From contig JADBJK010000015.1 in NCBI GenBank assembly GCA_014874485.1, positions 55,955-119,954 on the forward strand: 64,000 nt of DNA, in the 5' to 3' direction. Below, piece after piece: positions 36,703-46,466 of the stretch; the stretch's first letter is position 1, and every line of letters begins with the position of its first letter. The DNA comes from Chloroflexota bacterium (lineage in GTDB: Bacteria > Chloroflexota > Anaerolineae > DTLA01). The notes below the pieces were generated by a model. It worked only from the letters and a program-made list of their open reading frames with translations, did no database searches and was not told where the DNA came from. A program made the position numbers and the translations under genes.

Positions 36703-37403
36703 CTCCGAGTCTCCAGGACGCGCGTCGCAAGGAACAGCGCCGCTGCGATCACGCTGAGGTAGTAGATCACGTCGCGGGTGTCAATGACGCCCTTGAAGAA
36801 GTCGTAGAAATGCCCCGACAGCGCCAGGTACTGGAACACGCCCGAAAGCGGCGCGCCCGTTACGTCGCCCAGGGCGCTCACCAGCCACAGCAGGACGATG
36901 AGCACCACGCCCAGCACCGCCGACACAATCTGGTTCTGCGTGAGGGACGAGGTCAGCACGCCCAGGCTGAGCAGCGCCCCGCCCAGCAGGAGCATCCCCA
37001 CGTAGCCCGACACCATGGGGCCCAGGTCGGGGTTGCCCACGATGGTGAGGACGAACGGGAAGTAAAGGCTCACGCCCAGCATGCAGGCATAGAGGGTCAG
37101 CGAGCCGAGGAACTTGCCCAGCACCACCTCCCAATCCTTCACAGGGGCGGTGAGCAGCAACTCTATGGTTCCCATGCGTTGTTCCTCGGCCAGCAGGCGC
37201 ATGGTGAGGATGGGCGCGACGAACAGCAGCACCGTCGTCATGTTGCCCAGGGTATAGCGCATCGTGGCCTCGCGCGAGTAGTACAGGATCATGGCGAAGA
37301 AGTAGCCCATGACCGCCAGGAACGCCGCCGCCACGACGTAGGCAATCGGCGACACGAAGTACGCCTGTATCTCTCTGCGAGCGATGGTCAAGGTGTTCTT
37401 CAT
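36693..37403 (-). CDS. ABC-2 family permease (GldF-like)
   Basis: The 236-aa product has six TM segments. Its start overlaps the stop of the downstream gene. Confidence 0.65.
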   Translation of the reverse strand: MKNTLTIARREIQAYFVSPIAYVVAAAFLAVMGYFFAMILYYSREATMRYTLGNMTTVLLFVAPILTMRLLAEEQRMGTIELLLTAPVKDWEVVLGKFLGSLTLYACMLGVSLYFPFVLTIVGNPDLGPMVSGYVGMLLLGGALLSLGVLTSSLTQNQIVSAVLGVVLIVLLWLVSALGDVTGAPLSGVFQYLALSGHFYDFFKGVIDTRDVIYYLSVIAAALFLATRVLETRRWR

Positions 37404-37415
37404 GGGACGCCTCCG

Positions 37416-38330
37416 CTACTCGGTCGTCAGTTTCAGGAAGATTTCCTCCAGGCTCATGCCCACGGGCCGCAGTTCCAGCAGGCCCCAGCCGCGGTTCACC
37501 ACGGCGCGCGCGATTTCGGGGCGCTTGTCGGTGCCCAGGGCGCACTCCACCTCATAGGCCCCGTTGCCCTTGTCGTCCACGGCCAGGATGCCGTCCATGG
37601 ACTGGAACAGGCGGCGCGCCTCGTTGCCATCCGCGCCAGCCAGTTGGACGAAGATGCGTTCCGCGCCCTTGAGCCGCGCCATGAGCCGTTCGGGGGTGCC
37701 CTCGGCCACGATTTGCCCCTCGTTGATGATGAGCACGCGCGTGCAGGTCTGGCTCACCTCGGGCAGAATGTGGGTACTCAGGATCACCGTGTGGTCCTGC
37801 GCCAGGCCACGGATCAACTCGCGCACCTCGATGATTTGCCGCGGGTCCAGGCCGATGGTCGGCTCGTCCAGGATGAGCACCTCAGGGTCGTGGAGCAGCG
37901 CCTGGGCCAGCCCCAGCCGTTGTCGGTACCCCTTGGACAGTTTGCCGATCATCACGTCGGCGTGGTCGGCGATGCGGACTTTCTCCATGGCCTCGTCTAT
38001 GCGGCGCTCGCGCTTGTCCACGCCCCGCAGGCGCGCCATGAAGTCCAGATAGCCCCACACCGTCATTTCGGGGTACAGGGGCACCGTCTCTGGCAGGTAG
38101 CCCAGCCGCTTGCGTACCTCCAGCGAGTCGGTGGTAACGTCGTAGCCCGCCACGGTTACCGTGCCCGACGTGGGCGGCATGTAGCCCGTGAGGATGCGCA
38201 TCGTGGTGGTCTTGCCCGCGCCGTTGGGGCCGAGGAACCCGAGAATCTCCCCCTTGGCGACATCAAAACTGACGTTCTTCAGCGCCTGAAAATCCCCATA
38301 GTGCTTGGTGAGGTTGCTTACGTGGATCAT
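37416..38330 (-). CDS. ABC transporter ATP-binding protein (GldA-like)
   Basis: It has Walker A (GPNGAGKTT), a signature motif (LSKGYRQRL) and Walker B (ILDEPT). The start was chosen at the internal ATG preceded by GGAGCGAGGAGG; the track ORF begins at a TTG 12 codons upstream. Confidence 0.8.
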   Translation of the reverse strand: MIHVSNLTKHYGDFQALKNVSFDVAKGEILGFLGPNGAGKTTTMRILTGYMPPTSGTVTVAGYDVTTDSLEVRKRLGYLPETVPLYPEMTVWGYLDFMARLRGVDKRERRIDEAMEKVRIADHADVMIGKLSKGYRQRLGLAQALLHDPEVLILDEPTIGLDPRQIIEVRELIRGLAQDHTVILSTHILPEVSQTCTRVLIINEGQIVAEGTPERLMARLKGAERIFVQLAGADGNEARRLFQSMDGILAVDDKGNGAYEVECALGTDKRPEIARAVVNRGWGLLELRPVGMSLEEIFLKLTTE

Positions 38331-38580
38331 CCTCCTCGCTCCTATGTCGGATTGTCCAGCCAACAAATATAGCGCAAGAAGATTAATGAGAGATTAGAAA
38401 GGGTTTAGAGGATGCAGAGAGGGGCCGGGCGCGAAGGCGGATCGCGGTCTGCGTTTGGGGAGGCACCGCCTCGCGCCGGGTCTGCCCGGGGGTAACCTTT
38501 CAGAAATCATTGCACGGGGTTGGGATATAGATAAGTTTCGCTTATTTACAAGATTTAGACTGCGCCCCGCTTACATAGAT

Positions 38581-38609
38581 TTGACAGATAGGCCCCGCCT
38601 CGTTACAAT
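38581..38609 (+). promoter_or_regulatory. Sigma70-like promoter TTGACA-N17-TACAAT in an unusually AT-rich patch, upstream of the rhodanese gene
   Basis: The -35 is consensus and the -10 matches 5/6. An AT-rich UP-like region lies upstream. Confidence 0.5.
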
Positions 38610-38714
38610 ATCCACAAGCCGTTGTGCGTACAGCGCCGGTCAAGCGTCGTTGGAGGCCAGTACTTTGAAATCCTGCACCACCTGAAAACCCCATTCAAGG
38701 AGGACAGAAGGTCT

Positions 38715-39824
38715 ATGCGGAACAAAGTTGTGTCCTTGCTACTCGCTGTAACTCTCTTGCTCATTGCAGTATCGCCTGCTTTCGCCGAAGGCCCCAGCGG
38801 AGACTTTGAGGTCATTCGGGCCGCGGCCGAGAAGTATCTCACCACGGTCAAGTCACCCGTCATCACCGCCGACGCCCTGTACACGCTGCTGAACGACGGG
38901 GATGCTTCCAACGACCCATTCATCCTCAGCGTGCGTAAGCCGGAGGACTACGCGCTGGGCCACATTCCGGGCGCGGTGAACATCTTCTACAAAAACATCG
39001 CCAAGCCCGAGAACCTGGCCAAACTGCCCAAGGACAAGCAGATCGTGGTCTACTGCTACACCGGCCACACCGGCCAGATCGCGACCACCATCCTCAACCT
39101 CCTGGGCTACAACGCCGTCAACCTCAAGTTCGGGATCATGGGCTGGACGAAGAACGACGCGGTCCTGAACCAGAAGCGGTTCGGCCCCGACACCGAACAG
39201 CGCGACTACCCGCTGGAGACCACGGTCAACGAAGCGACGGCCACCTATCCCTACCCGACCGTCTCCACGGGCGCGACCGGCGACTTTGAGATCATCCGCA
39301 CCGCCGCCGATAACTGGCTGAACAGCGCCAAGGCCCCCATCGTTACCGCCGATTCCGTGTTTGAGAACCTGAACGACGGCGACGCGTCCAACAATCCGGT
39401 CATCGTCTCCGTGCGCACGGCCGAACACTACGCGCTGGGCCACATCCCGGGCGCCATCAACATCTTCTACAAGGACATCGCCAAGCCCGAGAACCTGGCC
39501 AAACTGCCCCCGGACAAGCGCATTTTGACCTACTGCTACACCGGCCACACCGGAATGGTGGCGGCGACGATCCTGGGCCTGCTGGGTTACGACGCCGGCA
39601 ACATCAAGTACGGCATGATGGGCTGGACCAAGGACGACAAGGTGCTCGCCCAGGCGCGGTACGATGTCAAGACGGCTCCCGACTATCCGGTTGAGGGCAC
39701 TGCCGCTCCCGCCAAACTGCCCGTTACCGGTGCCGAGACCAACCTGACGTGGGTCGTGCTGGTCGCCGGCATCGCCGCTCTGCTCACGGGCAGCGCCCTG
39801 TACGCAAAGCGCACGACGCGCTAG
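38715..39824 (+). CDS. Secreted tandem-rhodanese (two sulfurtransferase domains) with C-terminal LPXTG sortase anchor
   Basis: It has a signal peptide, two near-identical rhodanese domains each with an active-site loop CYTGHTG, and a C-terminus LPVTG + hydrophobic helix + KRTTR. The RBS is AAGGAGG. Confidence 0.75.
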   Translation: MRNKVVSLLLAVTLLLIAVSPAFAEGPSGDFEVIRAAAEKYLTTVKSPVITADALYTLLNDGDASNDPFILSVRKPEDYALGHIPGAVNIFYKNIAKPENLAKLPKDKQIVVYCYTGHTGQIATTILNLLGYNAVNLKFGIMGWTKNDAVLNQKRFGPDTEQRDYPLETTVNEATATYPYPTVSTGATGDFEIIRTAADNWLNSAKAPIVTADSVFENLNDGDASNNPVIVSVRTAEHYALGHIPGAINIFYKDIAKPENLAKLPPDKRILTYCYTGHTGMVAATILGLLGYDAGNIKYGMMGWTKDDKVLAQARYDVKTAPDYPVEGTAAPAKLPVTGAETNLTWVVLVAGIAALLTGSALYAKRTTR

Positions 39825-39972
39825 TTCTGGCTGCAAAGACGCCGGTTGGCCTCCGGGCGTCTTGACGCGGTAAGGCTTGCTTCGGGGGATTGCCGCGAGG
39901 CGATTCCCCGAAGCACCCAAAAACGACGGATTTCGCAGTACCTACCAGTTGACCACAGAGGAAAGTACCCGT

Positions 39973-40126
39973 TGTCATTGTGAGCGAAGCGAAGCAATCT
40001 CACGCTCCGTCTGTCATGCTGAGCGCAGCGGAGCATCTCGGTTAACGAGATTCTTCGGCGCTTCGTGCCTCAGTAGGGACAATTCATGAATTGTCCCTAC
40101 GGGCGCTGCGCGCCCTCGCAATGACA
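39973..40126. mobile_element. MITE-like element, copy 2 (154 bp, with an internal perfect palindrome GGGACAATTCATGAATTGTCCC)
   Basis: It has the same TIRs and module order as copy 1. Confidence 0.7.
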
Positions 40127-40177
40127 ACCAGTAAGAAGCCCTGTGGTGCAGTACCTAATCCAGAAGAGAGGTGGCAC

Positions 40178-41578
40178 ATGAAACCCAAAACCCTGATCTG
40201 GGTGGTGGGTTTGGTCGGGATCACGGTGCTGATCCTGGCGGCCTGTGGAGCCGCGGCGACGCCTACGCCGACCACAGCGCCCACGAAAGTACCGCCGATC
40301 AACACGCCTGTACCACCGCCCACCAACACCCCGGCACCGACGAACACTCCGGTGCCCCCGACACCCACGCCCATCCCGAGCGCGGACAACTGCGTGGCGT
40401 GTCATACCAACGCGGAAACCCTGCAGAAACTCGCCGAGACCAAGAAGACCGGCTCCGCCGAAACCGAAGGCGAGGGTTGAGCGGGCGAGTTGCCTCCGTT
40501 GGAGGCATGGGAAAAGGTCTTCATCGGCAACGACACCTTCCTCAAGGACGTCCACAACACGCCCAACTGCATCGGCTGCCACGGCGGCCAGCCGGATACG
40601 AATGACAAGGCCGTTGCCCACCAGGGCGTGGTGCGCGACCCGTCAGCCGATCCCCAGGGTGTCTGCGCCAACTGCCACGGCGACATCGCCAAGACCTACG
40701 CCACTTCGCTGCACTACACCATCAGGGGGTACTACACCATCCTCGGCGAGCGCGGGTTTGACTTCAACGACCCGGCCAAGGCCGAAATCTTCAACCGCCA
40801 CTGCACCAGTTGCCATGCGACCTGCGGCCAGTGCCACATCTCGCGGCCCACGTCGGCCGACGGCGGCCTCGTGAAGGATCACCAGGTCAAGAGCATCGTC
40901 TCGCTCAGCGACACGTGCCTGGGCTGCCACGGCGGGCGCGTCGGCCCCGAGTTCATGGGCAAGAACGCGGGCGTGCCCGGCGACGTCCACTGGACCAAGG
41001 GCGTCAACTGCTTCAAGTGCCACAATATGACGCAGTTCCACGGCGACGGCACGCAGTACGCCCACCGGTACGACGGCAAGCCTGTGCCTTCGTGCCTGGA
41101 TTGCCACCCGGACGCCGCGCCCGGCAAGGGCCAGGTCATGCAGCACAACATCCACGGCGACAAACTGGACTGCCGCGTGTGCCACTCGGCCGGGGCCTAC
41201 AAGTCCTGCTGGAACTGCCACGTCGGCCTAGACAAGGAAGGTCTGCCGTATCGCAAACTTGACCCGTCGGTGATGACCTTCAAGATCGGCAAGAACCCGA
41301 ACCCGACGCCCGACCGACCGTGGGAGTACGTCCTGGTGCGGCACATCCCGGTGCCCGCGGACATCTTCGGGTACTACGGCGACAACATGCTGCCCAACTG
41401 GGCCGCCGTGCCCACCTGGAAGTACGCCACCGTGCACAACATCCAGAAGATCACGCCGCAGAACCAGGACTGCAAGAACTGCCACGGCCATCCGGAACTG
41501 TTCCTGACGGAGAAGGACGTGGATCCGGCGGAACTGGAAGCAAACCGCGCCGTGATCGTTACGGAGATTCCGAAGTAG
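40178..41578 (+). CDS. Multiheme c-type cytochrome lipoprotein (~11 CxxCH motifs) interrupted by a single in-frame TGA at 40478..40480: either selenocysteine/readthrough or a disrupted gene
   Basis: Track ORFs 40091..40480 and 40490..41578 share a frame and are separated only by the TGA. The upstream part supplies a signal peptide with a lipobox (LAAC), a PT linker and the first heme site (CVACH). The downstream part has ten CxxCH motifs but no signal peptide of its own. A hairpin TGCCTCC-GTT-GGAGGCA begins 11 nt after the TGA. Confidence 0.55.
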
Positions 41579-42066
41579 TCGGTTTCACCGCAGAGAACGC
41601 AGAGACCGCAGAGGGAGACGAGAAATCGGGCTCCTTTGCGGTCTCTGTCATGAAATTGCTGCCCGCACTGCCTGGCTTGTCATTGCGAGGGCGCGTAGCA
41701 GTCGGTTTCACCACAGAGAACGCAGAGACCGCAGAGGGAGACGAGAAATCGGGCTCCTTTGCGGTCTCTGTCATGAGCTTGCTGCCACACTGCCCGGCTT
41801 GTCATTGCGAGGGCGCGAAGCAGTCGGTTTCACCACAGAGAACGCAGAGACCGCAGAGGGAGACGAGAAATCGGGCTCCTCTGCGGTCTCTGTCATGAGC
41901 TTGCTGCCACACTGCCCGGCTTGTCATTGCGAGGGCGCGAAGCAGTCGGTTTCACCACAGAGAACGCAGAGACCGCAGCGGGAGACGAGAAATCGGACCC
42001 CCTTTGCGGTCTCTGTCATGAAATTGCTGCCCTCATGCGACGCACCTCGCAGGTGCATCGCACGTT
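41579..42066. repeat. Tandem array of four ~120-bp units of a second repeat family (GTTTCACCRCAGAGAACGCAGAGACCGCAGAG... ending in TGTCATTGCGAGGGCGCG)
   Basis: The period is about 120-121 bp (41579/41700/41820/41940). Each unit contains an 11-bp-stem hairpin CAGAGACCGCA...TGCGGTCTCTG. Confidence 0.75.
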
Positions 42067-42086
42067 GTGCCGAACCCGTGTGCGGG

Positions 42087-44483
42087 CTACGCCTCGCGCA
42101 CCTTGAACCCCCGCAGCCGCAGGGAGTTGCTCACCACGAAGATGGAACTCATCGCCATAGCGCCGGCGGCGATCATGGGGTTCAGGAACCCTGCCGCTGC
42201 CGCCGGAATCAGCACCGTGTTGTAGAAGAACGCCCAGAACAGGTTCTGCTTGATGGTGCGCATGGTCCCGCGCGACAGCGCCACGGCCCGCGCCACGCCC
42301 CGCAGGTCGCCGCTCATCAGCGTGATGTCGGCGGCCTCCATGGCGATGTCGGTGCCCGTGCCGATGGCGATGCCCACGTCGGCCTGGGCCAGGGCAGGCG
42401 CGTCGTTGATGCCGTCGCCCACCATGGCGACCACGTGGCCCTCGTCCTGCAGGCGCTTGACCTCCAGGGCCTTGTCCTGCGGCAGGACCTCGGCCAGCAC
42501 GCGGTCTATGCCCACCTGGGCCGCGATGGCCTCGGCCGTGCGGCGGTTGTCGCCGGTGATCATGGCCACCTGCAGCCCCAGGTCGTGCAACATGCGCACG
42601 CCCTCGGCAGAGCCGGCCTTGACCGTGTCGGCCACGCCCACGACGCCGACCGCCGCATCCCCCACCGCCACCACCAACGTCGTCTTGGCCTCGCCCTGAA
42701 GGCGCTCCACATCCCTGTCCAGCCCGTTGAGGCGGACGCCGTTCTCCTCCATGAGTTTCAGCGTGCCCAGGAGCACCCTCTCACCGTTCACATGGCCGAC
42801 CACACCCTTGCCGCTGACGGCTTGGAACTCGGACACGGCGGCCAGCGCCAGACCGCGCTCGCGGGCGGCTTGCACGATGGCCTCGCCGATGGGGTGCTCG
42901 GAGCCTTGCTCCACCGACGCGGCCCAGCGCAGCACCTCGGCCTCGTCGCCGTGCAGGGCCACCACGTCGGTAACCGACGGCTTGCCCTCGGTGATGGTGC
43001 CGGTCTTGTCCAGCACGACCACGTCCACGTCGCCGGCCCGCTCCAAGCTCTCGCTGCTCTTGATGAGGATGCCGTTCTCCGCGCCCTTGCCCGTCCCCAC
43101 CATGATGGCCGTGGGCGTGGCCAGGCCCAGGGCGCACGGGCACGCGATGACGAGCACCGCCACCATGTTGAGCAGGGAGCGGGTGAACCCCGCGTCGCCG
43201 ATGAAGTACCAGCCCAAGAATGTGAGCACGGCAACGGCGATGACCACCGGCACGAAGACCGCCGACACGCGGTCGGCCAGGCGCTGGATGGGGGCCTTGG
43301 AACCCTGCGCTTGCTCCACCAGACGGACGATTTGCGCCAGGACCGTGCCCTTGCCCACCTGCGTGGCCTGAACCTTCAGCAGGCCCTGCTTGTTCACCGT
43401 CGCGCCGACGACCTGGGAGCCGGGGGCCTTTTCCACCGGCAGGCTCTCGCCCGTGAGCATGGACTCGTCCACGGCCGAGGTTCCCTCCAGCACGACGCCG
43501 TCCACGGGGATGCGCTCGCCCGGACGCACGACCACCACGTCGCCCACGCGCACGTCGCCGACGGCCACTTCCACCTCCGCGCCGTCGCGGATGACCCGCG
43601 CCGTCTTCGGGGCCAGGCCCATCAGCCGCTTGATGGCCTCGGACGTGCGGCCCTTGGCCCGCGCCTCCAGGTACTTGCCCAGGATGATGAGGGTGATGAT
43701 GACCGCTGCGGTGTCGTAGTAGAGCGGCCCCGTGATGAAGAACGTGCTGGCGACGCTGTACAGGAACGCCGCCGACGACCCCATGGCGATGAGCACGTCC
43801 ATGTTGGCCGAACCTGCGCGCAGGGCCTTGTACCCGCCGCGGTAGAACTGCCAGCCGATGACGAACTGCACGGGGATGGTCAGCGCCAGCAGGAGATAGG
43901 GACGCCAGGCGAAGTCGGGAATTAGACCGCCGTCCACGCCCATGCTGAGGATGGAGATGATGAGGCTCAACGCCACGCCCCAGGTGAGTTTGCGGCGCTG
44001 GGTGCGGATTTCCCGCTCACGCGCGGCCCGCTCGGCGTCCTCCACCTCTTCGCCCGCGCCCGCCTCCACGACCTCGTAGCCCACGTCCACGATGGCCCGC
44101 TTGATGTCGGCGAGGGACACCGCCGTGGGGATGTACTCCACGGTGGCCCGCTCGCTGGCCAGGTTCACGTTGGCCTCCACAACGCCGTCCAGTTTCCGCA
44201 GCGCCCGCTCAATGGTCAGCGCGCAGTTGGCGCACGTCATGCCGCGGATGGGCAGTTCGGCCTTCGCCGTCGTCGCGCCGTACCCCAGGTCGGCGATGGT
44301 CGCCACGACGCGCTTCTCGTCCACCAGGGCAGGGTCGTACTCCAGCGTTACGCGCTCGGCGGCGAAGTTCACGGCGGCGTTCTGGACGCCGTCCAGTTTC
44401 TTCAGGCCGCGCTCTATGGTCAGTGCGCAGTTGGCGCACGTCATCCCAGTTACGGGAATGGTCAGTTGCTTCTTGTCGGGCAT
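42087..44483 (-). CDS. copA: Copper-translocating P1B-type ATPase
   Basis: It has two N-terminal HMA domains (GMTCANC), a CPC transmembrane motif, DKTGT, and GDGINDAP. Confidence 0.9.
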   Translation of the reverse strand: MPDKKQLTIPVTGMTCANCALTIERGLKKLDGVQNAAVNFAAERVTLEYDPALVDEKRVVATIADLGYGATTAKAELPIRGMTCANCALTIERALRKLDGVVEANVNLASERATVEYIPTAVSLADIKRAIVDVGYEVVEAGAGEEVEDAERAAREREIRTQRRKLTWGVALSLIISILSMGVDGGLIPDFAWRPYLLLALTIPVQFVIGWQFYRGGYKALRAGSANMDVLIAMGSSAAFLYSVASTFFITGPLYYDTAAVIITLIILGKYLEARAKGRTSEAIKRLMGLAPKTARVIRDGAEVEVAVGDVRVGDVVVVRPGERIPVDGVVLEGTSAVDESMLTGESLPVEKAPGSQVVGATVNKQGLLKVQATQVGKGTVLAQIVRLVEQAQGSKAPIQRLADRVSAVFVPVVIAVAVLTFLGWYFIGDAGFTRSLLNMVAVLVIACPCALGLATPTAIMVGTGKGAENGILIKSSESLERAGDVDVVVLDKTGTITEGKPSVTDVVALHGDEAEVLRWAASVEQGSEHPIGEAIVQAARERGLALAAVSEFQAVSGKGVVGHVNGERVLLGTLKLMEENGVRLNGLDRDVERLQGEAKTTLVVAVGDAAVGVVGVADTVKAGSAEGVRMLHDLGLQVAMITGDNRRTAEAIAAQVGIDRVLAEVLPQDKALEVKRLQDEGHVVAMVGDGINDAPALAQADVGIAIGTGTDIAMEAADITLMSGDLRGVARAVALSRGTMRTIKQNLFWAFFYNTVLIPAAAAGFLNPMIAAGAMAMSSIFVVSNSLRLRGFKVREA

Positions 44484-44504
44484 GGGTACCTGCCTTTCCT
44501 ATGC

Positions 44505-44868
44505 TTACGTTTCACCGCAGAGGGCGCGGAGACCGCAGAGATCAAGGTTTCTAGAACTTGACCGCAGAGTAAATTGTCTGGTGTCATTGCGGGCCAAGCA
44601 TCTCGCGGCCCACGTGCGAGGCACCTCCGAGGTGCGTCCCACGTGCCCCTGCTGGGATTGCTTCGGGCGCTGCGCGCCCTCGCAATGACACCTCATCTGT
44701 CATGCTGAGCGAAGCGAAGCATCTCGGTTGACGAGATTCTTCGGCGCTTTGCGCCTCAGAATGACGGTCTAGTGAGCGAAGCAGTCTCCTGCTTGCGGGC
44801 GATTGTTTCACCGCACCTGTGCAAGCATCCCCTAGCACCCTCTGCGTTCTCTGCGACTCTGCGGTGAG
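44505..44868. repeat. Composite repeat block: a rearranged MITE copy (44582..44766) flanked by second-family modules
   Basis: It contains GTGTCATTGCG..., the hairpin module GCGAGGCACCTCCGAGGTGCGTC, the GTCATGCTGAGCGAAGCGAAGCATCTCGGTTGACGAGATTCTTCGGCGC module, and GTTTCACCGCAGAG modules. Confidence 0.65.
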
Positions 44869-44870
44869 GC

Positions 44871-45077
44871 TCACTCCGCGGCGGGGTAGCCGATCTCCTG
44901 CAGCGTCTTCAGCACCGCCGCCAGCGTCTCGGGCGAGTCCACCTTGACCGAGACCTGCTTGGTCTGGACGTCGGCCTGGACCTCGGCCACGCCCTTCACC
45001 TGGCCCAGTTCGCGCTGGATGGTGCGCACGCAATGGTGGCACGAGATGTTGGGGACGTTCAACACTTTGCTAATCAT
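44871..45077 (-). CDS. copZ: Heavy-metal-associated (HMA) copper chaperone
   Basis: The 68-aa product has the metal-binding loop SCHHC. Confidence 0.7.
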   Translation of the reverse strand: MISKVLNVPNISCHHCVRTIQRELGQVKGVAEVQADVQTKQVSVKVDSPETLAAVLKTLQEIGYPAAE

Positions 45078-45094
45078 CTTATCCGCTCCTTATG

Positions 45095-45373
45095 CTAGAG
45101 TTTTCTGGATAACTCAAAGATGTCCATGAGTTCGCCGATGACGCGCTCGCGCTCGTCTGGGTTCTCGCCGCGGATGGCGGTGGTAACGCAGGTGTGCAGG
45201 TGGCCGTTGAGCACCAGGGCGTTGACCCTGTCCAGGGCGCGCTGGACGGCGAGGACCTGCTTGATGATGTCCACGCAGTAGGCATCCTCGTCCACCATGC
45301 GCTGGATGCCGCGCAGGTGCCCCTCGGCGGTAGCCAGGCGGGCCTTCACGTCGCTCTTGAGTTGGTTGTCCAT
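45095..45373 (-). CDS. csoR: CsoR-family copper-sensing transcriptional repressor
   Basis: The 92-aa product has C-H-C ligand spacing (YCVD...HLHTC). Confidence 0.8.
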   Translation of the reverse strand: MDNQLKSDVKARLATAEGHLRGIQRMVDEDAYCVDIIKQVLAVQRALDRVNALVLNGHLHTCVTTAIRGENPDERERVIGELMDIFELSRKL

Positions 45374-45389
45374 CGCGTTCCTCCTTTAC

Positions 45390-45411
45390 CCCCTCCCCCA
45401 TGGGGGAGGGG
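45390..45411. promoter_or_regulatory. Perfect 22-bp palindrome CCCCTCCCCCATGGGGGAGGGG in the csoR 5' region, a candidate CsoR operator
   Basis: It is exactly self-complementary and lies between the predicted promoter and the csoR start. Known CsoR operators are C-tract/G-tract palindromes. Confidence 0.55.
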
Positions 45412-45422
45412 TTCACCCATAA

Positions 45423-45451
45423 TATACCTCATTTTGTCCGATTTGTCAAGT
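45423..45451 (-). promoter_or_regulatory. Sigma70-like promoter (TTGACA-N17-TATATT on the minus strand) for csoR-copZ-copA
   Basis: The reverse complement reads TTGACAAATCGGACAAAATGAGGTATATT. Confidence 0.5.
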
Positions 45452-45563
45452 GGGGCGCTGCGGTGTGGTTGACCGCGGGGAAAACGGTCCGCCTTTGAAA
45501 CCGAATTGCGGCGCGGCGCAAATTGACAATCCCGCCCCCATCGCATATACTAGCCTTGCCAGT

Positions 45564-45641
<78 letters not shown>

Positions 45642-45831
45642 CGAATAGCGAAAGGCGCTGAACAGGAGTAGTAGGCCATCCCTGCAGAGAGGCGGGCGCT
45701 CGGTGCAAGCCCGCCGACGCGCCGACGGGGAGCGCACAAGGTCGAACTCGCCTGGGAGCCGCGGCGGCGAACGCCAGTAGTCGCCGACGGGTGGCGGACG
45801 TTACCCGCCGTAGAGTGGGCCAGGACAGCAC

Positions 45832-45904
45832 GGGGCTGTAGCTCAGTGGGAGAGCACTTGTCTGGCAGACAAGGGGTCAGGGGTTCAAGTCCCCTCAGCT
45901 CCAC
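45832..45904 (+). tRNA. tRNA-Ala (anticodon GGC)
   Basis: It has a cloverleaf with G3:U70, the anticodon loop CUGGCAG and a T-loop TTCAAGT. Confidence 0.8.
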
Positions 45905-46024
45905 CTTCACCCCACCATCAACCCTGGCCAAGCAGGGTGGTACCGCGGAACTCCTCCGTCCCTGGACGGGGGAGTTTTGTTTATCTGGCGAGGGTTCGGG
46001 GGTTTACACAGATTCGGCTCTGTG

Positions 46025-46413
46025 TGTCATTGCGAGCGAAGCGAAGCAATCTTACGCTCCGTTTGTCATGCTGAGCGAAGCGAAGCATCTCGGTTGACGA
46101 GATTCTTCGGCGCTCCGCGCCTCAGAATGACGGGGCGGTGGCTGTCATGCTGAGCGAAGCGAAGCATCTCGGTTGACGAGATTCTTCGGCGCTCCGCGCC
46201 TCAGAATGACGGGGCGGTGGCTGTCATGCTGAGCGAAGCGAAGCATCTCGGTTGACGAGATTCTTCGGCGCTCCGCGCCTCAGAATGACGGGGCGGTGGC
46301 TGTCATGCTGAGCGAAGCGAAGCATCTCGGTTGACGAGATTCTTCGGCGCTCCGCGCCTCAGAATGACAGCCTACCGAGATTGCTTCGGGCGCTCCGCGC
46401 CCTCGCAATGACA
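46025..46413. mobile_element. MITE-like element, copy 3, expanded by a 4x tandem amplification of its internal 79-bp module (46064..46379)
   Basis: The TIRs TGTCATTGCGAG...CTCGCAATGACA are intact. The internal unit GTCATGCTGAGCGAAGCGAAGCATCTCGGTTGACGAGATTCTTCGGCGCTCCGCGCCTCAGAATGACGGGGCGGTGGCT is repeated four times. Confidence 0.75.
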
Positions 46414-46466
46414 ACGAGCGACAGCGTTCGGAACCGAATCCAGATTCGGCTGACGGGAGAGAAGCG

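Noticed and set aside
40091-40177. N-terminal 29 codons of track ORF 40091..40480 (MSLRALRALAMTTSKKPCGAVPNPEERWH)
   Set aside because: This is the recurrent repeat-derived pseudo-peptide from the MITE copy at 39973..40126. The genuine start is ATG 40178 with RBS GAGAGGTGG and a signal peptide.
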